Shown: piece after piece, positions 37,984 to 43,590 of the stretch
How positions within the stretch are numbered: position 1 is the first letter of the stretch
Layout of the letters: each line of letters starts with the position of its first letter
DNA from: an uncultured Candidatus Saccharibacteria bacterium
GTDB taxonomy: Bacteria; Patescibacteriota; Saccharimonadia; Saccharimonadales; UBA7683
Reading direction: 5' to 3'
Length of the DNA stretch: 64,000 nucleotides
Assembly (NCBI GenBank): GCA_964632215.1
Contig: CAZWBG010000001.1
Location: 431,863 to 495,862 of the forward strand
Translations under genes and position numbers: made by a program
The notes under the pieces: model-generated
Databases searched by the model: none
What the model saw: the letters and a program-made list of their open reading frames with translations, nothing else
Told to the model about the DNA's origin: nothing

Positions 37984-38508
37984 ATGAACTACATCTATCA
38001 CGGCGTACCCGACCAAATGATTGGCACGGAACTGAAGCCGCTCACACAGATATACGAGACAAACTCTGAGCTGCACAAGAAGTACTCAGAAAAATATAAA
38101 GGACGTGAAGAGCTTTTGGAGCGTAGGATACCTCTGCTCAACTGCCTATGGAATGCTGTTGTTCATCTCTCGCCGCTCCACCCTCGCAAAGTATTTGAAC
38201 TTCAAAAAGAGCTGGGACTAATCTTAGATTTGCCCTCATGTGAGTATTTCGAGATTGATCTCACAACACTTGATCCTGGAAAAACGGTTGTTTATTTCAA
38301 AACCGGGCCTGGCGAAGAAAATACCGAAACCAAATGGTTGAAAGATATTGATTTTGCTACTCTTCGAGAGATCCCGCCAGCTACAATAGCTTATTACAAA
38401 TCACTCGTCGGAACTGGTGAACAACCATTTAACTATCAGTTCATTCCCCACATACTGTACAAAGGTAGCCTTGATATATCATCAGCACACAAAGTGCGTC
38501 TAGGGTAG
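37984..38508 (+). CDS. Hypothetical protein
   Basis: 174-aa ORF with TGCTACTAT -10 exactly 6 nt upstream of the ATG. No motif recognised. Confidence 0.5.
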   Translation: MNYIYHGVPDQMIGTELKPLTQIYETNSELHKKYSEKYKGREELLERRIPLLNCLWNAVVHLSPLHPRKVFELQKELGLILDLPSCEYFEIDLTTLDPGKTVVYFKTGPGEENTETKWLKDIDFATLREIPPATIAYYKSLVGTGEQPFNYQFIPHILYKGSLDISSAHKVRLG

Positions 38509-38553
38509 CGGGACAAAAGATTAACCGAACTACGGCATACCCCAGACCAAGGG

Positions 38554-39123
38554 CTAGTGTATTTTTTCGTTAGCTTCAAGCATTGCTAGTATTTTGTCTT
38601 GTCGTCTTTTGCGAGTTTCATCGGTTTTAGCTGTCTGCAAACGCCAAGCAATCGCATACCTATTAGTTTTATTAAGTGTTTCAAAGAATTCTTTTGCTTT
38701 AGGATTTTTATGCAACTCTGCTAAGAAGTAATCTGGAACTACCATGTCACTTGGCTTGTCGTATGCTGCACTCCATCGGCCATCATCCTTTGCACGCTCT
38801 ACTTCTGTAATACCTGTAGGCATCATTAAGTCCGCATCAGTAAGCCGTTGAATGTGTTCAATATTACGTTTTGACCACAAGCTATTCTTGCGCCTTGGTG
38901 TAAACTTTTGTAAATATGAGAGTTCATCACTTTTCTTCCTCTGGCCGTCAATCCATCCAAAGCATAATGCACTATCCAAAGCCTCGGCATGGGTAATCGA
39001 AGCAAGCCCAGACGATTTTTTGTACAGCCGTAACCATACTCCATCGGTTTTGGAGTGATGTTCGGCGAGCCACTGTCGCCACTCCTGAATATTCTTAAAA
39101 GCAATAGTCTCGTAATCTTTCAT
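38554..39123 (-). CDS. YdeI/OmpD-associated (OmdA) family protein
   Basis: F....EWR.WL..H......VWL..YKK.SG..S......AL..ALCFGWIDG, plus a C-terminal RLQTAKTDETRKRR. This is cassette 1. Confidence 0.65.
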   Translation of the reverse strand: MKDYETIAFKNIQEWRQWLAEHHSKTDGVWLRLYKKSSGLASITHAEALDSALCFGWIDGQRKKSDELSYLQKFTPRRKNSLWSKRNIEHIQRLTDADLMMPTGITEVERAKDDGRWSAAYDKPSDMVVPDYFLAELHKNPKAKEFFETLNKTNRYAIAWRLQTAKTDETRKRRQDKILAMLEANEKIH

Positions 39124-39200
39124 TATCCAATCATAACAAAAAAGACGCCCTAATAGGGAGTCTCTCCTAGTACTTATATCTGGAGGACTATAGTAGGCGC
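39124..39200 (-). repeat. Cassette junction unit R1
   Basis: Minus strand reads GCCTACTATAGTCCTCCA, then a spacer, then hairpin GAC.CCCT/AGGG.GTC with T6. TGTTATGAT follows, then 6 nt, then the ATG at 39123. Confidence 0.6.
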
Positions 39201-39210
39201 TATCGCAACT

Positions 39211-39531
39211 TTATTGAGAGCCCCAACTCATCAGGGCGCTAACAAACCACAAAACCAATAAACCCACGATTCCTGTTATTACACTAACCGTCAAAGCTGG
39301 GACGAAAATTACCTTCTTTCCCCTGTGTGCGAGAGCAAAGCCAAACAGCCCAGATGCTACTACGCACCCCAAGACAAACAGTAACGCTACCGTTTGAGGA
39401 GAGCCGTAAAAAGGCTTTGTTGAAGAGTAAATTTTACTCCAAATAACCGTCAAGCTAACGGTTGCTAAGTAAACTAACGTGCCGCAGTACGCAAGGACCT
39501 CTAGTTGTTTACTGGTGACTATTTTTTTCAT
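39211..39531 (-). CDS. Small membrane protein (3 predicted TM helices)
   Basis: 106-aa hydrophobic ORF. This is cassette 2. Confidence 0.5.
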   Translation of the reverse strand: MKKIVTSKQLEVLAYCGTLVYLATVSLTVIWSKIYSSTKPFYGSPQTVALLFVLGCVVASGLFGFALAHRGKKVIFVPALTVSVITGIVGLLVLWFVSALMSWGSQ

Positions 39532-39621
39532 TAGTATTAACTATAGCAAAAAAGACGCCTCAAATTAAGAAGTCTTTCATGGTGCCTATGCCTGGAAGGA
39601 CATAGTAGAGTTTATCAGGAT
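39532..39621 (-). repeat. Cassette junction unit R2
   Basis: Minus strand reads TCCTGATAAACTCTACTATGTCCTTCCA, then GGCATAGGCACCATG. AAAGAC..GTCTTTTTT follows, then TGCTATAGT, then 8 nt, then the ATG at 39531. Confidence 0.6.
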
Positions 39622-39637
39622 AAAATTGTGATGAGTG

Positions 39638-40087
39638 CTACAAATATCCGAGGTTTTGCAGAGTTGTCTTAATTGGAGGGGTTAGGGTCAGTTTTGTAAG
39701 TCTCGATATAGGATGCCAGGCTGCTTCGACAATATCGTCATCGCAACTTATGGCTATTTCGGTTGCTGGCTTGTTAGCATACACAGTAAAATCATAGAAC
39801 GTCATAGCCACCATTACTCTTTCATTTGTATCTCGTAAAACCTTTTCGCTTTCACCAGTTAGTACGGTATTTAGCAATTTTACTTTGTAGGGCGTGATAT
39901 CAATTCCAACTTCTTCGATCGTTTCTCGAATGGCAGCCTGAAGCTTTGTTTCACCTTCTTCAATACCACCACCTGGAATTATCCACGAATCTTTGTAGAC
40001 TCCACCTTTGCGGCTTTTTCCAAGCAGGAGTTGATTATCGTTAGAGAAAATAAAGGTACCAACTATATCTCGATGAATTGTTCGCAT
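39638..40087 (-). CDS. Nudix hydrolase
   Basis: Nudix box GGGIEEGETKLQAAIRETIEEVGIDI. This is cassette 3. Confidence 0.8.
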   Translation of the reverse strand: MRTIHRDIVGTFIFSNDNQLLLGKSRKGGVYKDSWIIPGGGIEEGETKLQAAIRETIEEVGIDITPYKVKLLNTVLTGESEKVLRDTNERVMVAMTFYDFTVYANKPATEIAISCDDDIVEAAWHPISRLTKLTLTPPIKTTLQNLGYL

Positions 40088-40177
40088 TAGCTTATTATAC
40101 CAAACAAAAAAGTCTCTCTGATGAGAAGTCTTTCATAGTGCTTATGTTTGGAGGGACACGGTGGAACTTATCAGGAC
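40088..40177 (-). repeat. Cassette junction unit R3
   Basis: Minus strand reads GTCCTGATAAGTTCCACCGTGTCCCTCCA, then AACATAAGCACTATG. A weak hairpin with T6 follows, then TGGTATAAT, then 6 nt, then the ATG at 40087. Confidence 0.65.
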
Positions 40178-40194
40178 AAAGCTAATCGCAATGC

Positions 40195-40842
40195 CTAGGC
40201 CCGCAGTTTTATATCAAGTTGTTCCAGAAGAAATACATGAAACTCAGTCATGAATGGATTCCAGAGCATATGGGGGCGTTTGTGTTTTACGATGGTTTCA
40301 ATTATTTTATCTGGCTCAATGCCTACATATTCTTTATATCGCCACTTAGTAATTTCAGGTGGCATTAAGTAGTCAATAATATCTGGGTTGATTTTATCAA
40401 TTGATTTTGCGAATTTTGCCGATTTACTAGACTTTGTTTCGGCATCATCGTAAATATCATGGTATATAGGATTAAGGAGCCCGAGAGCCGCTTCTCGCTC
40501 TGTTATATGAGAGTCGACTTTTTTAGTAAATACCATTTCATCACCTGTGATTAGCTCTCCGATGTCATGAATCGCCATCATTATTAACGACTGACCCAAG
40601 TCAACATCCGAATCCTTAACGTAAGGATATAATGCAGTACCAAGCATAGGTAATGAGCCGACATGCTCTATGAGTGTTTCCCGCACTATGTCATCGTCAG
40701 GATGGTAATTGTATCCTTTGAGCTGTTCTTGTGCGACTTTCAGTAGGTACGGCTGTGTAGTGGCTCGTCGTTCAAGCGAGTAGTGCTCGAACAAGAATTC
40801 AATCTGATCTAGTATCTCTTGCATGCTTGGTACTTTGGGCAT
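40195..40842 (-). CDS. HD-domain phosphohydrolase (YfbR-like 5'-nucleotidase type)
   Basis: E.LIEHV......G...... followed by AIHDIGELITGDE. This is cassette 4. Confidence 0.65.
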   Translation of the reverse strand: MPKVPSMQEILDQIEFLFEHYSLERRATTQPYLLKVAQEQLKGYNYHPDDDIVRETLIEHVGSLPMLGTALYPYVKDSDVDLGQSLIMMAIHDIGELITGDEMVFTKKVDSHITEREAALGLLNPIYHDIYDDAETKSSKSAKFAKSIDKINPDIIDYLMPPEITKWRYKEYVGIEPDKIIETIVKHKRPHMLWNPFMTEFHVFLLEQLDIKLRA

Positions 40843-40932
40843 GCATTAATCATACCAAACAAAAAGACCTCTCGGATGAGAAGTCTTTCATGGTGCTTAT
40901 GTTTGGAGGGACACAGTGGAACCTATCAGGAC
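40843..40932 (-). repeat. Cassette junction unit R4
   Basis: Minus strand reads GTCCTGATAGGTTCCACTGTGTCCCTCCA, then AACATAAGCACCATG. AAAGACTTCTC-atcc-GAGAGGTCTTT with a T-run follows, then TGGTATGAT, then 6 nt, then the ATG at 40842. Confidence 0.65.
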
Positions 40933-40950
40933 TAGTATTATGCGATCTTG

Positions 40951-41376
40951 TTACAATTCAGAACGTATTTTCATCCATAATTTGCCGAGTTGATTTTCGC
41001 CGCCTCCATCCTTACCTCGACCCCAAAATTCATCAACAGGCGAATCCTCGGCAATTTCTTCGTCACCGCTTTTAACCAATGCATCACGGACTTCCTGGTG
41101 TTGATCAAGCTTTGCCCGAAGGATGGATTCCATTACTGACAGCTTTTTTGCACTCCAGTCAGAATCTTTTGCTGACTCATACTTCTGGTTACTAACTTCT
41201 TTGGCAAGCAACGGACTCTTTGCTGCTATTATTTCTCGTTTTCCGTCAGGATCAGTGCATTTAGCAGCTTGAAACGCGTGCTCACTCGTTGGATACAGAA
41301 CTCCATTAATTTCTACCGCATTAGCCGAGAAATTATTCAGAACATCGTACCACTGGCCGTAGAAATAAATAGGCAT
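40951..41376 (-). CDS. NADAR (YbiA/DUF1768) domain protein
   Basis: IYFYGQ...LNNFSA..VEINGVLYPTSEHAFQAAK plus a C-terminal ENQLGKLWMKIR. This is cassette 5. Confidence 0.75.
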   Translation of the reverse strand: MPIYFYGQWYDVLNNFSANAVEINGVLYPTSEHAFQAAKCTDPDGKREIIAAKSPLLAKEVSNQKYESAKDSDWSAKKLSVMESILRAKLDQHQEVRDALVKSGDEEIAEDSPVDEFWGRGKDGGGENQLGKLWMKIRSEL

Positions 41377-41451
41377 AAATTTATTATAACAAAAAAGACG
41401 CCTCTGATGAGAAGTCTTTCATGGTGCTTATGCTTTGGAGGTCCATCGTGC
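41377..41451 (-). repeat. Cassette junction unit R5
   Basis: Minus strand reads GCACGATGGACCTCCA, then AAGCATAAGCACCATG. AAAGAC..GTCTTTTTT follows, then TGTTATAAT, then 6 nt, then the ATG at 41376. Confidence 0.6.
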
Positions 41452-42086
41452 TAGCTATCGCAACTTTGCGTTAAAAGAAGTTCTACTCGTTGCTGATGTG
41501 GAACTTCAACCTCCTCATGATGCGCATTCACCGCATCAGTTGACAGGCCTATTGCGGCCGAAACCACAGCAGGCATTCTCAAGTCGTAAGGCGAAAGATA
41601 TCTAATTATATTACCCATATAGTTTGGCGTAAGCATGACATCTAAGACGCTTCCGCAAGTGTCAGCAGTTTCAATATCTTGTTCGGCCAGAGCTGCCTGT
41701 CCGTGACTAGCAATATCCATCACGTATCGAGCCGTTTGTGGGTGCATGACAGCGATAGCATTAAAGTGTGTCACCTCATCATGACGACGCCAGTCATTAA
41801 ATATAAACTCTTCATATGGTGCTACCAACTGGTCTTTAATAGCATCATAATATTGTGAAACAAGGTATTCACCCTTAGTAAGACTTCCGAGATATGCAGC
41901 CGTTGGTGTCCGTCCATAGGTGTCTATAAAAACTTCTTCACTTTCTACGATACGAATTGCTGGCTCATCTCCCATACCGAGTTTTTGGCGAAGCATAGCA
42001 GCCTCGGCATTATAGGCATCAAGGTCTTCAAGTTGTTCATATACAGGGTATCGTTTTAATAGTTCAAATTGCTCTACTTTTCCCAT
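41451..42086 (-). CDS. Hypothetical protein
   Basis: 211-aa ORF with GGAG SD 9 nt upstream. No motif recognised. This is cassette 6. Confidence 0.5.
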   Translation of the reverse strand: MGKVEQFELLKRYPVYEQLEDLDAYNAEAAMLRQKLGMGDEPAIRIVESEEVFIDTYGRTPTAAYLGSLTKGEYLVSQYYDAIKDQLVAPYEEFIFNDWRRHDEVTHFNAIAVMHPQTARYVMDIASHGQAALAEQDIETADTCGSVLDVMLTPNYMGNIIRYLSPYDLRMPAVVSAAIGLSTDAVNAHHEEVEVPHQQRVELLLTQSCDS

Positions 42087-42143
42087 TGCCTAACTCCGTA
42101 CTTAGTAATTACAGCTAGTTATATCCTTATTGAGGTGAGTATG

Positions 42144-42219
42144 CAAGCACAAGCAAAAAGGCTCCTCTAGCCAAGAAGTCTTTCATAGTGCTTATGTTTG
42201 GAGGGTCAGGAGGGACTAC
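42144..42219 (-). repeat. Cassette junction unit R6 (best tRNA-Lys 3'-end copy)
   Basis: tggagggtcaggagggact (42199-42217) matches tggagggccaggagggact of the intact tRNA at 18 of 19 positions. It is followed in the gene direction by AACATAAGCACTATGAAAGACTTC... and a T-run. Confidence 0.7.
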
Positions 42220-42273
42220 TTTGTATAATCTGCAAGCTTTCTCGAAGCGAGCTTCTGCGAGAGCTCTTGATTA
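42220..42273 (-). repeat. Family-1 hairpin insert splitting a pseudo-tRNA-Lys 3' half in the T-loop
   Basis: It is flanked by the tRNA-Lys 3'-end copy (42199-42219) and tcgaaccctcgacac (42274-42288, 15/15 identical to the tRNA). It is homologous to the insert at 48934-48991 and contains TTCTGCGA at 42253-42260. Confidence 0.6.
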
Positions 42274-42333
42274 TCGAACCCTCGACACTAAATCTGCTTC
42301 GCATATTTGTCTAGGGTTCAAGCCCTAAACATT

Positions 42334-42387
42334 CCAAAACAAAAACTCCCGAGATGGGAGTTCTTATTTTGGAGGGCTATAGTGGAC
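42334..42387 (-). repeat. Cassette junction unit R7
   Basis: Minus strand reads GTCCACTATAGCCCTCCA, then AAATAAG. The hairpin AACTCCC-atctc-GGGAGTT follows, then TTTTGTTTTGG. Confidence 0.55.
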
Positions 42388-42464
42388 ATTATCGTAACTG
42401 AAATAACAATTTGTAATTCTTGAACGTCTCTGTAGTGTTCCAAGAAACTTGTCTAAATGTAATT

Positions 42465-42488
42465 GGGCCGCGCAGAAATGCGCGGCCC
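42465..42488 (-). terminator. Perfect 10-bp GC hairpin after the G+C-rich cassette gene
   Basis: GGGCCGCGCA-gaaa-TGCGCGGCCC, located 65 nt past the stop at 42553. Confidence 0.5.
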
Positions 42489-42552
42489 GAGATCGGTTGC
42501 CCGTACGTTAATCTGCGAAGATCTCATTTACGCAGCGTATATGGATGGGCGG

Positions 42553-42879
42553 CTACCCGATGACCACCTGGCCGTTCACGGTCACCCGCTCGATGTCCCC
42601 GGTGTGGGAACCTCTGCTGCCGAAGTAGATCGGCGCTCCCAGCCGGAGGTAGCGGTCCATGACCACATTCTCCGGGAGGGGCGGGTAGTGCTTCCGGTTG
42701 GTGGTGGTGATCGACACTCCCTGGATGGTCGTGCGCTGGGCACGGGTCCCTTGGATGGTGACGAAGCACCAGGTGGAGCTACGGGTCGAGACCCGCACCA
42801 CCTGGCCCGGCAAGGCCCGACTCATGTCGTACTCCCGAGTGGGAGTGCGACGGTCCTGGTTTGCAAGCTCGGTTGCCAT
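42553..42879 (-). CDS. Hypothetical protein, strongly G+C-rich (cassette 7)
   Basis: AGGAGG lies 8 nt upstream of the ATG at 42879. Three overlapping alternative ORFs in other frames are judged spurious. No motif recognised. Confidence 0.55.
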   Translation of the reverse strand: MATELANQDRRTPTREYDMSRALPGQVVRVSTRSSTWCFVTIQGTRAQRTTIQGVSITTTNRKHYPPLPENVVMDRYLRLGAPIYFGSRGSHTGDIERVTVNGQVVIG

Positions 42880-42956
42880 AATGTTGGGCCTCCTATTGGC
42901 TCAACTAACCCCTAGCCTGTGCTAGGGTAACCTTCATCCTGTATGTAGGTTATGTT

Positions 42957-42985
42957 AATAATAAACTATGTTTCGATATTTGTCA
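42957..42985 (-). promoter_or_regulatory. Sigma70-like promoter of the G+C-rich cassette gene
   Basis: Minus strand reads TTGACA (42980-42985), a 17-nt spacer, then TATTAT (42957-42962). Confidence 0.5.
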
Positions 42986-43085
42986 ATACCTGAATTAAAT
43001 TATACGGGGATTATTTCACTAAAGAACAAACTTTTTTTAATGTAAATTTCCCAACCGACGACTATATCAAAGTTCGAGAGTATAT

Positions 43086-43134
43086 AAAAAGACCTCTAGA
43101 GAAGTCTTTTAAGAACAGTTAATGGAGGGACTCG
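43086..43134 (-). repeat. Cassette junction unit R8 (shortened tRNA-Lys 3' end + hairpin)
   Basis: tggagggactcg equals the tRNA-Lys 3' end with an internal deletion between its two GAGGG repeats. In the gene direction, the 9-bp hairpin AAAGACTTC/GAGGTCTTT and TTTTTATATAC follow. Confidence 0.55.
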
Positions 43135-43223
43135 GTCACATTCTGCGACCCCGAAACTTTCATACTTATGGCATAGCCACAAATCTGAAAGGTTTCCTTG
43201 CGAAATACCACTGGCATTTCTCA
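43135..43223 (-). repeat. Family-2 hairpin insert next to tRNA-Lys
   Basis: It shares two hairpins with 60752-60838: GGTCrC-attct-GCGACC, and GAAATrCC-nnn-GGCATTTCTC. TTCTGCGA lies at 43141-43148. Confidence 0.6.
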
Positions 43224-43290
43224 CCCTATCGGGTTCGAGCACGCCGCTAAATTTCCAATTTAAAAATCCACATAAAGTGGATTCATAAAT

Positions 43291-43367
43291 TGGAGGGCCA
43301 GGAGGGACTCGAACCCTCGACACCCTGCTTAAGAGGCAGGTGCTCTAACCAGCTGAGCTACTGGCCC
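43291..43367 (-). tRNA. tRNA-Lys (anticodon CUU), CCA encoded
   Basis: GGGCCAG ta GCTC agctggtta GAGC a CCTGC ctCTTaa GCAGG gtgtc GAGGG ttcgagt CCCTC CTGGCCC t CCA. Confidence 0.9.
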
Positions 43368-43483
43368 GTATTTAGTTTTGGAATGTACAAACTCAGTTTA
43401 TTTATAGCCGATACATAGGTGAGATTTAGTTAGAACACTTGGTGCTACATAACGCTACTCGACAACAAGTGTCTCGGACAGGG

Positions 43484-43505
43484 CAGCTGAGCTACTGGCC
43501 GTATC
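43484..43505 (-). repeat. Duplicate of the tRNA-Lys 5' end plus upstream flank
   Basis: cagctgagctactggcc-gtat repeats 43350-43372 (cagctgagctactggcccgtat) with one deletion, 117 nt upstream of the gene. Confidence 0.5.
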
Positions 43506-43590
43506 TAAAACGAAGATGCGCTTCAGAACAACTGGCTACTATAACAGATTGAACGCTTGATGTAAATCATGCTTAGGTTAAGATAAAGAT

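Larger units (their letters stand above)
38554..43290 (-). other. tRNA-Lys-anchored array of seven single-gene cassettes with composite junction repeats
   Basis: All ORFs are on the minus strand. Junction units R1-R8 are listed separately. The array starts at the 3' end of tRNA-Lys and ends at a convergent gene. Confidence 0.55.

Noticed and set aside
40827-41075. An 82-aa plus-strand ORF crosses junction repeat R4 and runs antisense to the NADAR gene.
   Set aside because: It runs through a non-coding repeat and antisense to a well-supported gene, and it has no motif.
38554-43290. I considered whether the regularly spaced repeats R1-R8 form a CRISPR array or an integron attC array.
   Set aside because: They are not CRISPR. 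The units are 50-105 nt and degenerate, and they are separated by 320-650-bp protein-coding ORFs. They are not a classical integron either. No GTTRRRY/RYYYAAC core sites are present, there is no intI, and each cassette has its own promoter.
43096-43323. ORFs 43096..43323 and 60585..60890 share the peptide blocks GISQGNL and FGVAECDRV, suggesting a conserved small protein.
   Set aside because: The shared blocks coincide exactly with two conserved hairpins. Differences between the copies are structure-compatible (G-U on the minus strand). The ORFs start inside or next to tRNA genes and have no RBS or promoter. Frame retention between the blocks (9 versus 10 codons) could be chance.
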